From assembly GCA_965206595.1 (NCBI GenBank), contig OZ242214.1:1728001-1792000 (forward strand): a DNA stretch of 64,000 nucleotides. The letters run 5' to 3'. Below, piece by piece: positions 1 through 10,183 of this stretch; within the stretch, counting starts at the first letter, position 1, and each line of letters starts with the position of its first letter. The notes under the pieces are model-generated. The model was not told the DNA's origin. It ran no database searches and was given only the letters and a program-made list of their open reading frames with translations. This DNA comes from Candidatus Latescibacterota bacterium (lineage in GTDB: Bacteria; Latescibacterota; UBA2968; UBA8231). The position numbers were made by a program, and so were the translations under genes.

Positions 1-405
1 CGCCGCCAGCCAGCTGAAGAAGGGACTTCTCGACGGCAAAGACCGGCATATGAGGAAGAAGAGGGCCGGATAGAGGGCAAGGTAGAGAATGAGAGCAGCG
101 GTCGATGCCAGCGCCTGCATCTGGTTCAGTCCGCCGTAGTTCGCCAGCGTTTCTGCAATCCAATAGATGCGACCAACACCAGCTGCGATGCCGCATCCCA
201 GGCCGACCAGGAATATCTGGCCCGCGCCGAGTGGAATGTTTCGTCTCAAGCCGCACAGAAACGCCGGCACGAGGCAGACCCATGCGAGGAGGCCGATGTC
301 GATGGATGGGATACTCAGGGAGTAGAGCGTCCCCGAAAATCCCCCGGAAAGAAGAAGAGTCGGGAGTCCCCGGCCGCGCAGCCAGCGGACGCCCTTCCTC
401 CTCAC
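1..405 (-). CDS. lnt: apolipoprotein N-acyltransferase, N-terminal part (runs off window start)
   Basis: Not in ORF track; manual translation from GTG at 405 gives MRRKGVRWL...LYSLSIPSIDIGLLAWVCLVPAF...IYWIAETLANYGGL...LYLALYPALF, typical Lnt N-terminal TM helices. GTGA overlap with upstream stop; phoH-ybeY-corC-lnt synteny. Confidence 0.88.
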   Translation of the reverse strand, partial: MRRKGVRWLRGRGLPTLLLSGGFSGTLYSLSIPSIDIGLLAWVCLVPAFLCGLRRNIPLGAGQIFLVGLGCGIAAGVGRIYWIAETLANYGGLNQMQALASTAALILYLALYPALFFLICRSLPSRSPFFSWLAA

Positions 406-728
406 GACTCCATGTATTCGATTATGGGAGTACGGATTTTTTCCAAGGCGGAGCGCTCCAGGGCGGCGACGGCTTTCCTGTGCATCTGCAGCTTGGAAGC
501 GACCTGTCCCGGGGACTTCTTGTGTTGAAAGCGCAACTCGACGACTTGAAGCTCGTCCCGAGTCAGCTCTCCGAGCGCCTGCATGACCTGCTGGCGCAAC
601 TCCTGGCTCTCGACGCGGTCGAGAGGGGTCTCAGGCAGGAATTCGGCCAGAAACCGTTCGTCCAGGCCGACGCGTTGGGGCTTCCCCACACTTGCTGTAT
701 GGTCGGTGATGCGGCGGAAACGGCTCAT
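402..728 (-). CDS. small protein consisting of a sigma-70 region-4-like HTH only
   Basis: ALGELTRDELQVVELRFQHKKSPGQVASKLQMHRKAVAALERSALEKIR matches the sigma region 4 pattern; no region 2 in 108 aa. Confidence 0.7.
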   Translation of the reverse strand: MSRFRRITDHTASVGKPQRVGLDERFLAEFLPETPLDRVESQELRQQVMQALGELTRDELQVVELRFQHKKSPGQVASKLQMHRKAVAALERSALEKIRTPIIEYMES

Positions 729-770
729 TGGCTATGAAACTCGCGCAAGGGAACGGTCTTTCTCGCAAGC

Positions 771-807
771 AGTTGTGGGGGAAGTCTTGAGTTGTGGGGA
801 AGTCTTG
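771..807. repeat. near-perfect tandem duplication (19/18 bp)
   Basis: agttgtgggggaagtcttg followed by agttgtggggaagtcttg. Confidence 0.85.
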
Positions 808-815
808 AAATAAAT

Positions 816-847
816 AGGGAGTCGACGGCAAAGCCGACGACTCCCTA
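816..847 (-). terminator. hairpin downstream of tRNA, probable intrinsic terminator
   Basis: Imperfect inverted repeat gggagtcg-acggcaaagccga-cgactccc followed on the minus strand by T-rich sequence. Confidence 0.6.
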
Positions 848-850
848 AGA

Positions 851-927
<77 letters not shown>

Positions 928-937
928 ACACGACTAA

Positions 938-966
938 AATATACTCGACGGGGAATCGGGATGCAA
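938..966 (-). promoter_or_regulatory. sigma70-type promoter for tRNA
   Basis: TTGCAT-17 bp-TATATT about 10 nt upstream of the tRNA. Confidence 0.6.
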
Positions 967-1014
967 CAGGTCGTTGGTCGACAGTTCATCGCTTACCGGT
1001 GCGGTAACGGTCCC

Positions 1015-2325
1015 CTATTGCTCCTGGGCCTCGCCTGCTATCGGCATCCGTTTCAATTGCACTTGGGCGATTCGCTGTCCTTCCACTTTGAGGATCTCGA
1101 TGTCGAAGCCCGGAATCCGTACGGTCTGCCCCTCGTCAGGCACTTCCCCGAGATGATCGTAGATGAACCCCCCAAGGGTGTCGAAACCGTCGCTGGGAAG
1201 ATCGCTTTCAAGGATCTCGTTAAGCTCGTCGATGTTGATTCTCGGGTTAACGACCAGGATATCGCCGGGACGCCACTCAAACAGGGCTTCCTCGGCATCG
1301 TATTCGTCTTGCAGCTCACCCACGATCTCTTCGACCAGGTCTTCGGTGGTGACCAATCCGGCGGTCCCGCCGTATTCGTCGACGACGATGGCCAGGCGCG
1401 TTCGTGCGGCGCGCAGGTCGCGGAGCAACTCGTCGATCTTTTTTGTTTCGGGGATGTAGTACGGCTCATGGGCAAACGGCAAGGGGTTCGCCCCCTCGCC
1501 CTCCTCTGCCATCAGCTCAGCAACCGACATCTCCATGCCAATATCGCGGCGGTGAACGAGCATCCGCAGAAGGTCCTTCGCATAGACGATTCCCCGAATT
1601 TTATCCAGCGATTCTTCGAATACGGGCACCCTCGAATGACCCTTGTTTTCGATCACGCGAAGGAGGTCACCCAGTGAAGAGGAGATATCCAGAGAGGTGA
1701 TATCGACCCGGGGAACCATTACCTCGCGGACCACCCGATCATGGAAGCCGAACACTCCCTGAATCATGTCGCGCTCGGTTTCCTCCAACACCCCCGTCTC
1801 CTGTTCTGAGTCGACGATGTTTCTCAGCTCCGCCTCGCGGGCTTCCTTGAAATTCTCTTGAGAAGCATCGCTGCGCGCGACCCGTTCTACAAGCCGGGCT
1901 GGAACGCAGAGCAGGTGAATGGGTGCGAAGAGCAACGCCAGGCTCGGAATCCTCGCCTCCTCGCCATCCTCTTCGAAACGCACCCTGCGAGCCAGGCCGG
2001 CGAGCAATGCGACCGCTACCGATGCGATTCCCCCGGAAATGGCGGCAGCAAGTTTCGGAAATGAGAACGACAACAGGAAATGCGTGATCGACACGGAAAG
2101 AATTACGACCCCGAGGGTCTGACCGATCCTTGCCATGAGGTGGAGCAGGTGCCTGGACTCGTGGATGCGAAGCATGGTAGCGGCCCGGGGTACCCCATTC
2201 TCATGCATGCGCTCGAGGGATGATCTTGAGAGGGAAGTGAAGGTCGCCTCGTAAGAGGCCAAGGCAAAGAGCCCTATTGAGGCAAGGACAAACAGTAATA
2301 ACTCAGCTATTTGCGGGGGTTCCAA
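1015..2325 (-). CDS. hemolysin/CorC (CNNM + CBS pair + CorC_HlyC) protein
   Basis: N-terminal TM helices, VREVMVPRVDI, HSRVPV, AIVVDEYGGTAGLVTTEDLVEEIVGE, FDTLGGF. Confidence 0.93.
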   Translation of the reverse strand: MEPPQIAELLLFVLASIGLFALASYEATFTSLSRSSLERMHENGVPRAATMLRIHESRHLLHLMARIGQTLGVVILSVSITHFLLSFSFPKLAAAISGGIASVAVALLAGLARRVRFEEDGEEARIPSLALLFAPIHLLCVPARLVERVARSDASQENFKEAREAELRNIVDSEQETGVLEETERDMIQGVFGFHDRVVREVMVPRVDITSLDISSSLGDLLRVIENKGHSRVPVFEESLDKIRGIVYAKDLLRMLVHRRDIGMEMSVAELMAEEGEGANPLPFAHEPYYIPETKKIDELLRDLRAARTRLAIVVDEYGGTAGLVTTEDLVEEIVGELQDEYDAEEALFEWRPGDILVVNPRINIDELNEILESDLPSDGFDTLGGFIYDHLGEVPDEGQTVRIPGFDIEILKVEGQRIAQVQLKRMPIAGEAQEQ

Positions 2326-2334
2326 AAAAGCGGG

Positions 2335-2817
2335 CTACTCCTTTCGCGCAACACTGCCGGCCAGGACAGTCTGGGGGGTTGGGCTTGTGAACGAATCTGT
2401 TTCTGACTCCATGAAAGCCAACCTTTTGGGAGTATCGTGATCAAAACCGGCAATATGGAGGAGGGCGTGAACCATCAGGCGACCGATCTCCTCGAGCTCC
2501 CCGACGCCCATGTCGGCAGCCTGGGAGGCAGCGCGCTCTTTCGAAATGTAGATTTCTCCGCGTACTCCTCCAATCGTCGTAGGCATCTCAGGAGATTCAT
2601 CGCTTGCGGAGTAGTCGAAGGACAACACGTCGGTGGTGCGGTCGATTCCCCGAAACGTCGAATTGAGCCGGCGAAGCTGGCTGTCATCGGATAAAATCAG
2701 GTCGATATCGCCACTGATTCGGTGACGGTCCATCACCCGCCCGGCCACCTGTTCAAGGTAGGATCGAGCCGAAGTGGCGAACTCAGGTTCGTCGCACCAG
2801 CACAGGACTTTCAGCAT
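2335..2817 (-). CDS. ybeY: rRNA maturation RNase YbeY
   Basis: LNSTFRGIDRTTDVLSF, GEIYIS, HALLHIAGFDH zinc motif. Confidence 0.95.
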   Translation of the reverse strand: MLKVLCWCDEPEFATSARSYLEQVAGRVMDRHRISGDIDLILSDDSQLRRLNSTFRGIDRTTDVLSFDYSASDESPEMPTTIGGVRGEIYISKERAASQAADMGVGELEEIGRLMVHALLHIAGFDHDTPKRLAFMESETDSFTSPTPQTVLAGSVARKE

Positions 2818-4981
2818 CCTTTTTTTCCTTGAGGCCGCCCTTTTTCTGCCACGGATACTCCAGACGGCCGTGCATGGTTCCCATCAGAACCGGAATGAAA
2901 CTCTCCTCGATGCGGTGAAGATCTCTCAGGGTGAGCGGACATTCATCCAGCTCTCCACTTGTGAATTTTTGTTGAATGATATTCCGAACAAGTTGCCGCA
3001 CGCGGTCCGGGGTGCGTTCGCTCAGGGTGCGAGCCGCCGATTCCACCGAGTCGGCCAGCATCAGAATGCCAGCTTCCCTGGTCTGGGGTTTCGGCCCGTC
3101 GTAGCGATAGTCGTCCCGTCGGACGTTCTCGACTCCGAGCTCGACGGCACGTGTGTAGAAGTACTCCTGCACTGTGGTCCCGTGATGTTGAGGAATGAGA
3201 TCGATCAGGGCCTTGGGTAGCCCGTGCTCCTGCGCCAGCTCGATTCCGTCTTTCACGTGGGAGTCGATGATCAGCATGCTCATGCTGGGGGTCAAATGAT
3301 CGTGAGGGTTGCGGCCGCCCTGTAGACCTTGATTCTCTGTGAAGTATTCCGGCTTCAGCATTTTTCCTATGTCGTGGTAGTAACACCCTACGCGCGCAAG
3401 AAGCGGATTGGCGCCAATCGACTGCCCCGCAGCTTCGGAAAGGTTTGCCATGACCAAGCTGTGGGTGTACGTGCCTGGCGCACGGATGGCCAGATCGCGC
3501 AGCAAGGGTCGATTGAGGTCAGACAGCTCGAGAAGGGTTATGTCGGTCGTGATGTGAAACAGGCTCTCGAAGATGGGGAGCAGGCCTTGGATTACAATTG
3601 GCGCTGACAAGCCTGTGATAACACCGGGCAGTACGTGACCGTAGATCTCTTCATAGGGAACAAACCGCAGCAGATCGGTGGCCGCTATCAGAAGACAGTA
3701 CGATGCCGGAAGCAATATCATGGCGCGATAGAACTGATTCCGGTGGCGGACGTGCCTGACCGCGTGGACGGAGACGGCCGACGTTAGAGAAAAGACCAGG
3801 GTGACGTAGAAATCTCCAAACAAGCTGCCGATGAATAGCGCGAGCAGAAACGAGACCACGAGCCCGACCTGTGAGCTCAACAGGATGGTCATCAGCATGG
3901 CGGCCAAGGGAGTAGGCACGAAATAGGTCTGGATTTCGTTGGCGTGGATGTAGGCGGCGACAGCCGCAGTCGCCATGGCGATCAACGCCAACAGCGTCAG
4001 GTGTGCGGCACTTGCGTAAATCTGAGGCTCACGGGTCGCCAGGTAATAACCGAAAGTCAACAGCAGAAATGCAGCGATCACGGCAGCCGAGATGCTCTGC
4101 AAGTATCGGGTTGTCGGGTGTTTCAGCTCCTCGCTCGTAAACTGCTGGGCCAGCGCCTCCAGTGCTTCGACATGGACCGCCTCAACCTTCTGGTTCTTGT
4201 CGATAATCATCTCGTCGCGGAGATAACGGCGCTTGATACTGGCAACACTGCGGCGCGCCTCCTCCCGAAGGCGGCTCGTTTCGCTCTGGTCGACACTCAG
4301 GTTGGGGTAAACGAACAAAGTCAGAAGCTCCTGAACGGCTTCAGCAACGCCGCGTTCCTCGAACGCCTGGTACGCCTCGATCAGCGACATGAGCTGCCCG
4401 CGCTTCAGATCATTCTCGTTGTGCAGCATTTCTATTGAGAATGGCGTCCCGTCGATGCGAACCTGAGCAGTGACAGCGACGATATCTCCCTGTTTACTGG
4501 CGATGACCCCATTGGAATACAGGTCGGTCAACAACTGAACCCAGGTGTGCTGCAGGAGATCGAGGGAGTCCGCCGCAGTCGATGAGATCAGGAATATCAG
4601 CTGCTTGAGAGAGGTCTCCGAAAGCAAGGGTACAATGCCCGGCAGCTCCCTTTGCAGGCGACGATACTTGAGCGATTCGGGCATCTGCATGCGGCTGTTG
4701 GGCACCAGCACGGCCAACACCGAGTCGAAGCGGGACAGTTGCCGCTTCTTTACCTCTTCATGAAGCTGCAACACGGTCGGCACTGTCTTTTCGGCTGCGC
4801 TGCGCTCGATTTTCAGCTCTTCGTCACTCTTGCGGACAAGAAACAGGAACGGGGCGTTTATGCGCTCCGGGGCTACGCTGCCCTCCCGTAGCTCGCTGAT
4901 TCCGTGCGGTCGCTGGAACGGGGAGAGATAGGTCAGCAGACCGACCACGGCGATAGCGAGCACGATGCGAAACAGCCGCAT
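2783..4981 (-). CDS. 7TM-HDIG phosphohydrolase (PgpH-like)
   Basis: Extracytoplasmic domain, 7 TM, LLELSDLNRPLL, APGTYTHS, YYHDIGK, HHGT, YDGPKPQTRE, MLADSVE; ATG at 4981 preferred over TTG at 5080. Confidence 0.92.
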   Translation of the reverse strand: MRLFRIVLAIAVVGLLTYLSPFQRPHGISELREGSVAPERINAPFLFLVRKSDEELKIERSAAEKTVPTVLQLHEEVKKRQLSRFDSVLAVLVPNSRMQMPESLKYRRLQRELPGIVPLLSETSLKQLIFLISSTAADSLDLLQHTWVQLLTDLYSNGVIASKQGDIVAVTAQVRIDGTPFSIEMLHNENDLKRGQLMSLIEAYQAFEERGVAEAVQELLTLFVYPNLSVDQSETSRLREEARRSVASIKRRYLRDEMIIDKNQKVEAVHVEALEALAQQFTSEELKHPTTRYLQSISAAVIAAFLLLTFGYYLATREPQIYASAAHLTLLALIAMATAAVAAYIHANEIQTYFVPTPLAAMLMTILLSSQVGLVVSFLLALFIGSLFGDFYVTLVFSLTSAVSVHAVRHVRHRNQFYRAMILLPASYCLLIAATDLLRFVPYEEIYGHVLPGVITGLSAPIVIQGLLPIFESLFHITTDITLLELSDLNRPLLRDLAIRAPGTYTHSLVMANLSEAAGQSIGANPLLARVGCYYHDIGKMLKPEYFTENQGLQGGRNPHDHLTPSMSMLIIDSHVKDGIELAQEHGLPKALIDLIPQHHGTTVQEYFYTRAVELGVENVRRDDYRYDGPKPQTREAGILMLADSVESAARTLSERTPDRVRQLVRNIIQQKFTSGELDECPLTLRDLHRIEESFIPVLMGTMHGRLEYPWQKKGGLKEKKDAESPVLVRRT

Positions 4982-5115
4982 CCCACGCGAGCCGGATTGT
5001 GTGCCTGCTCCTGACCGCGAGCGGGCAGTCGAGCCCGTGGTACGCGCCCGCCAGCGTCGGAAGGTCGAAAAGAGATTCAAGGTGGTTTTCCCGGTCTTCG
5101 GGTCCTCGTTATCCC

Positions 5116-6093
5116 TTAACGGCAGTCCGAATCAAAGCTTTTGTCGTGGATATCGTAAGCCTTGATGATCCGTTGGACCAGTGGATTACGAACGACATCG
5201 CGTTCGGTCAGGTTAACGAATGCCAAGCCAGTTACGCAGGACAGGATTCGGCGCGCTTCGACGAGACCGGATGGCTGGGAACCAGGCAGGTCCGTTTGGG
5301 TGATATCACCAGTTACCACTGCTTTGGAGTGTGCGCCCATTCTCGTCAGAAACATCTTCATCTGAGAAGCCGTCGTGTTCTGAGCTTCGTCGAGGATGAT
5401 GAAAGCGTCGTTGAGCGTACGTCCCCGCATGAAGGCCAGTGGAGCCACCTCCACGAGCTTCATGCTTTGGAAGCGCGAGAGACGTTCCGGCTCCAGCAGA
5501 TCCTGAAGAGCATCGTAGAGAGGCCTCAGGTATGGGTCGACTTTCTCTTCGAGGGCTCCAGGAAGAAACCCCAGACTTTCCCCTGCTTCGACGGCGGGCC
5601 GGGCAAGCACGATGCGTGAAACGCGTTTTTCGCGAAGCGCGGCGACGGCGGCAGCAACTGCAAGGTAGGTCTTGCCGGTGCCCGCAGGACCAATCGCAAA
5701 AACAACATCGTGGCACTCGACAGCCTTCAAGTAGCGCGCCTGTCCAACGGTACGGGCGGCTACGGTTCTCCTGTACGTCTTGATTACGCCGTTGTCCTCG
5801 ATTTCCGGAAGGGGAGGATAGTTGCCCGGGTCGATCTGATCTTGGTCGAGAATGGATTTTACTTCCTCCTCGCTCAAGTGCGGGTTCCTTCGGATTGATT
5901 CGACGACATACCCAAGCAACCCGGATACGTGCTCGACCGATTCTCGTGGACCGTTGAGGTGGAGGTGGTCTCCTCGTGCAACAATCTTGACGCGGTAGTT
6001 GCGCTCGATCGAATCGAGATGCTCATCATTTCTGCCGAAAAGAACTAAGGGGTTTATATCGGCAAGGGAGATTGACTTTTTCAGCGTTTCCAA
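5116..6093 (-). CDS. phoH: PhoH-family ATPase
   Basis: GPAGTGKTYLA, RPAVEAGESLGFLPG, PLAFMRGRTL, ILDEAQN, GDITQTDL; start approximate. Confidence 0.95.
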   Translation of the reverse strand: METLKKSISLADINPLVLFGRNDEHLDSIERNYRVKIVARGDHLHLNGPRESVEHVSGLLGYVVESIRRNPHLSEEEVKSILDQDQIDPGNYPPLPEIEDNGVIKTYRRTVAARTVGQARYLKAVECHDVVFAIGPAGTGKTYLAVAAAVAALREKRVSRIVLARPAVEAGESLGFLPGALEEKVDPYLRPLYDALQDLLEPERLSRFQSMKLVEVAPLAFMRGRTLNDAFIILDEAQNTTASQMKMFLTRMGAHSKAVVTGDITQTDLPGSQPSGLVEARRILSCVTGLAFVNLTERDVVRNPLVQRIIKAYDIHDKSFDSDCR

Positions 6094-6300
6094 GCAGGTG
6101 GCGAAGGGGGTGGGCCGCCAATACGAGAGGATTGTTGCAGGGTTGTTACTCTCGGAGAGACTGAGAACAAATACACGAAGGGGTCCGAGCACCTGTCTCC
6201 AAGTTTGCTCGAACCCCCTTGAGATGAGAACGTCAGGACGCGGTCAATCGCTCTGCAATCCGCGGTCAATCGCCCTGGAGAGAAAGGATGAAATGAAAAA

Positions 6301-7113
6301 TCAGTTTGCAGGAACCTCCAGAACCTGGGCTGGGAAAATGATATTCGGCTCGACGATCTGTTCCATATTGGCCTTGTAGATCTTGTGCCACATGGTTGCG
6401 TCGTTGTACACCGCAGCCGCGATCTTCGAGAGAAAATCACCACGTGTGACGAGGTAGTGACCTTCGGAAACACCAAACGGAACCGAAAGCTTCTGTTTTG
6501 GATAAATCATGTCTGGATCGCTTATCTGTTCCGTGTTTGCGCGGTAGATCCGGGGCCACATGTACGGGTCTCCATAAATCGTCTCGTCCGCCGAGATGGC
6601 CCAAAGGTTATCCCCCTTTTCAACCTCGTAAACAATCGAGACGACATCGCGGATCTGGAGATCGGTAATGAGGGTGCCGAGGCGGAGAATCTTTTCGGCC
6701 ATTTCAGGTATGGCGCTGATCTTGCTGGTTTTCAATTGCTCAACCTGAGCGAAGACATCCTTGACTTCCCCTTGATGTCGCACAAGCTCTTCCGGGGCCA
6801 AGGCGGTCAAGCCTTCCAGTTGGCGAAGGAGGAGATCGAGAGTGTTTCCAAAATTACTGATCTCGGCAGCTGTCGCACCTACCAGAATATGAATATCGGC
6901 AATTATCCCAGTGATCTCGCCATCGAGTGCGGCGATCTGTTGATTCAGCGCGGCAATCTCGGCATCCAGCTGTGCAATCTGTGAGTTCGCGGCTTCCTGT
7001 CGCTGCTGATAGTCGACCATTTGGGCCTTGTACTCCTCGCGGGTCATTTTGTCTTGTGCGAAAGCAGTCCCCGCAGACAGGATTAGGACAACGGCCAGCA
7101 TTCTCTTCGTCAT
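6301..7113 (-). CDS. secreted coiled-coil protein with two LysM domains
   Basis: Signal peptide, heptad region, YEVEKGDNLWAIS...WPRIYRAN...PDMIYPKQKL and YLVTRGDFLSKIA...WHKIYKAN...PNIIFPAQVL. Confidence 0.88.
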   Translation of the reverse strand: MTKRMLAVVLILSAGTAFAQDKMTREEYKAQMVDYQQRQEAANSQIAQLDAEIAALNQQIAALDGEITGIIADIHILVGATAAEISNFGNTLDLLLRQLEGLTALAPEELVRHQGEVKDVFAQVEQLKTSKISAIPEMAEKILRLGTLITDLQIRDVVSIVYEVEKGDNLWAISADETIYGDPYMWPRIYRANTEQISDPDMIYPKQKLSVPFGVSEGHYLVTRGDFLSKIAAAVYNDATMWHKIYKANMEQIVEPNIIFPAQVLEVPAN

Positions 7114-7206
7114 CTCGTAACCTTTCAATCCAAAATCGTTAGGTCGATTTCCAAAGATAGTGGTGCATGTGTCATTAACAACTCACGCTGAGTAAGGTCG
7201 GCGGCG

Positions 7207-7494
7207 TTATTCGCCAGACATCCCAGCCAGCGCTTCGGCTGTACCGTCCCTCTTTTCCTCCAGAGCCTTCTTTTCAGCCTTTTTCTCTGCCAACTGACGC
7301 TCCCGCTCGGCTTTTTCTGCCTTTTTCTGGGTGACCTGCTGCTCGGCTGCCTCCGTTGCCTGACGATTCTCTTCCAGCACGCCCAACTCCTTCTGAGAAG
7401 GGCCGCGTGCACATCCTGCAAAAAGGGAAAGGGAAAGTGTCAGGGCGGCAAGGACGAAAAGAGCACTTGATTTTCGGAGATTGTAGGAAGTCAT
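7207..7494 (-). CDS. small coiled-coil lipoprotein
   Basis: Lipobox LFAG-C then a K/E/A-rich helix; GGAG RBS upstream. Confidence 0.8.
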   Translation of the reverse strand: MTSYNLRKSSALFVLAALTLSLSLFAGCARGPSQKELGVLEENRQATEAAEQQVTQKKAEKAERERQLAEKKAEKKALEEKRDGTAEALAGMSGE

Positions 7495-7555
7495 CAATTA
7501 TTCTCCAGATCAGCTCGAGAGGGCGCTGACATTGCTGGTGGTTAATGCTCGCCAC

Positions 7556-7584
7556 AAGGTAAAAACGTCCAATGGGGATGTCAA
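7556..7584 (-). promoter_or_regulatory. sigma70-type promoter
   Basis: TTGACA-17 bp-TACCTT upstream of the lipoprotein gene. Confidence 0.55.
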
Positions 7585-7672
7585 GTCAAGACTGGAGGAA
7601 TTACTGTTCTTACAAAGGGTTACGGCGATCCGAGGGGATGGTTGAGACCCTGGTGAACCCTGTTTTTCCAGA

Positions 7673-9463
7673 TTATACAGGCCGGGTGGCGATGCCGAGT
7701 TCGCGCAACTGAACCTCGGTGACTCTGCCTGGTGCGTGTTCCATCAGGCCGACCGCTCGGTTGGTTTTGGGGAAGGCGATCACTTCCCGGATCGAGTCCT
7801 CTCCAGCGAGCATGGCAACGACGCGATCAAATCCGAATGCGATACCGCCATGGGGAGGGGCTCCGTATTCGAGGGCATCGAGCAAGAAGCCGAATTTGGC
7901 CCCGGCTTCCTCTCCGCCCAAGGCAAGAAGTTCGAAGATCTTCGCTTGAAGATCCCGCTGGAAAATACGCATGCTGCCTCCGGCGATTTCGGTGCCATTG
8001 AGCACCAAGTCGTATGCGCGAGCGCGAGCCTTCAGAGGCTCGCTGGAAAGAATGGCGATGTCCTCCTCCAGCGGCGACGTAAATGGGTGATGGACGGCTG
8101 TAAAGCGCTTTCCTTCCTTATCGTACTCCAGCAGTGGAAATTCGGTAATCCATACAGGGCGCCAAACGTTTTCCGCGAAATGGTCGAATCGTCTCGCCAG
8201 CTCGAGTCGCAGGGCATTCAGCACCTTCGCCACTACGGACGGGTCGTCGGCCACCAACAGAAGCAGGTCTCCTGGTTCTGATCCCAGCTCGCGAATCAGA
8301 AGTTCTCTGGAACGACTGGGGAAGAACTTCACAATCGAAGATTCGAGACCGCTGTCGGTGTGTTTGATCCAGCTCAACCCCCTGGCCCCAGCATCCTTCG
8401 CGAAGGCGACTAATTGGTCGATCTGGCTTCGGGGCAATTCGCTGCCCCCCTTTACATTGATGCCTTTTACCTGACCACCTTTTTCAAGCACGGACAGGAA
8501 GACCTGAAACTGAGATGCAGCGGCCGCAGCCCCGGCATCCTTGAGTTCGAGGTCGAAACGCATGTCAGGTTTGTCGCTGCCGTAGCGGTCCACCGCCTCG
8601 GAATAAGCCATACGAGGAAATGGATCCGGCAATTCAATTCCTCGTATTTCGGCAAACAGACCCCGCGTAATGCGCTCCGATACGCCCATAATATCGTCTT
8701 CGGAGATGAACGACATTTCAATGTCGATCTGGGTGAATTCCGGCTGCCGATCAGCGCGTAAATCCTCGTCCCGGAAGCATTTGACGATCTGGAAATAGCG
8801 ATCGAATCCCGAAATCATCAGCAGTTGCTTGTACGTCTGCGGAGACTGGGGGAGAGCGAAGAAATTGCCCGGGTTTACACGGCTGGGGACAAGGAAGTCC
8901 CGGGCTCCCTCAGGAGTGCTGCGAACCAGAAAGGGGGTCTCGACCTCGATGAACCCCTCCGAATCCAGGATGTCCCGGGTTTTTCGGTAACAGCGATGCC
9001 TGATCAGGAGATTGCGTTGCATAGGGAAGCGCCGCAGATCCAGGTAACGATGGCGCAGTCTCGCCTCCTCGCCGACGTCGACATTGTCATCGAGGGGGAA
9101 CGGAATCGGGATGGACGTGTTGAGTATCCTCAGTGAATGACAATTCACCTCTATCTCCCCGGTTTTGAGCCGGGGATTGACCATGCCTTCGGGGCGGTTT
9201 TCAACCTCACCCTGGACCGCGATGACGAACTCGTTGCGCAGGGATTCCGCCTTGTGGTGAGACTCGGCATTGTTCTGGGGGTTGAAAACGACTTGGGTCA
9301 CCCCATAGCGGTCTCGGAGATCGACGAAAATAACCCCCCCGTGGTCGCGACGCGTTGCCACCCATCCCATGAGGGTCACCTGCTTACCGAGGAAATCGGC
9401 CGTCAGTGTCCCGCAGTCGTGGGATCGCTGCCATGTACCCAGGCCTTCGACGATTTCACCCAT
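7673..9463 (-). CDS. aspS: aspartate--tRNA ligase
   Basis: RRDHGGVIFVDLRDRYG, STPEGARDFLVPSR, ALPQSPQ, FRDEDLRADRQPEFTQID, GAPPHGGIAFGFDR. Confidence 0.98.
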   Translation of the reverse strand: MGEIVEGLGTWQRSHDCGTLTADFLGKQVTLMGWVATRRDHGGVIFVDLRDRYGVTQVVFNPQNNAESHHKAESLRNEFVIAVQGEVENRPEGMVNPRLKTGEIEVNCHSLRILNTSIPIPFPLDDNVDVGEEARLRHRYLDLRRFPMQRNLLIRHRCYRKTRDILDSEGFIEVETPFLVRSTPEGARDFLVPSRVNPGNFFALPQSPQTYKQLLMISGFDRYFQIVKCFRDEDLRADRQPEFTQIDIEMSFISEDDIMGVSERITRGLFAEIRGIELPDPFPRMAYSEAVDRYGSDKPDMRFDLELKDAGAAAAASQFQVFLSVLEKGGQVKGINVKGGSELPRSQIDQLVAFAKDAGARGLSWIKHTDSGLESSIVKFFPSRSRELLIRELGSEPGDLLLLVADDPSVVAKVLNALRLELARRFDHFAENVWRPVWITEFPLLEYDKEGKRFTAVHHPFTSPLEEDIAILSSEPLKARARAYDLVLNGTEIAGGSMRIFQRDLQAKIFELLALGGEEAGAKFGFLLDALEYGAPPHGGIAFGFDRVVAMLAGEDSIREVIAFPKTNRAVGLMEHAPGRVTEVQLRELGIATRPV

Positions 9464-9538
9464 ATCAACACAGATGAGGAAAGGAGATGAAATTCCCGGC
9501 GATCCAGACGCCGGAAACCGATGCCGACGGAGTTTTCA

Positions 9539-9567
9539 ACTATATGGGGAACCCCTAACACTGTCAA
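9539..9567 (-). promoter_or_regulatory. sigma70 promoter for aspS
   Basis: TTGACA-17 bp-TATAGT. Confidence 0.7.
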
Positions 9568-9730
9568 TTGATCGGAAGTGCCTCGGATATGGTGCAACTT
9601 GGTGTGTTAACGAGAGATAGGTGCCTTCGCACCGCGTTGACACTCGATTCCCTACGTGCCAATATAGAGTGAGACATTTCCGCATCGGAGTTTAGAGTAG
9701 TCAGGAGGGCGGAAAGGAGAGCGATAGAAG

Positions 9731-10183
9731 ATGGCTTCCCGTACTGGAAAGGCGGAGCGAGTTTCGTTGCCTGTGGAAGAGTCCACCCCCGAGGTTCCTC
9801 GTCTCGATCCGGAAGTGCCAGACAGAGCCAAGCGTCGGTATTTCAGTGCCCAGTATAAGCTGCGGGTACTGGAAGAAGCCGATGTCTGCCGGGCTCCCGG
9901 GGAGGTCGGTGCCTTACTGCGCCGCGAGGGCCTGTACTCCTCGCAGCTGACCGCCTGGCGGCGGGCGCGGCGGGAAGGCTCGTTGCAGGCGTTGGCCACG
10001 CCGCGGGGTCCCCAAGGCCGTCGTCGGGACCCGGTGGCCAGCGACAACGAGCGCTTGCGCATGGAGAACGCCCGTCTGCGGCGGCGTCTGGAGCAGGCCC
10101 AAGTGATTCTCGAGATCCAAAAAAAAGCCTCCGAGATCCTGGGGATCCCCCTGAACCGGCCCGCCAACGGCGACGACGCATGA
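9731..10183 (+). CDS. IS3 transposase OrfA
   Basis: RRYFSAQYKLRVLEEAD...LLRREGLYSSQLTAWR HTH, leucine zipper, ILEIQKK. Confidence 0.9.
   Translation: MASRTGKAERVSLPVEESTPEVPRLDPEVPDRAKRRYFSAQYKLRVLEEADVCRAPGEVGALLRREGLYSSQLTAWRRARREGSLQALATPRGPQGRRRDPVASDNERLRMENARLRRRLEQAQVILEIQKKASEILGIPLNRPANGDDA

Noticed and set aside
10118-10128. A-run in IS3 orfA as the programmed -1 frameshift explaining the broken transposase
   Set aside because: It lies upstream of orfB's own ATGA-coupled start and cannot repair the separate +1 break near 10280
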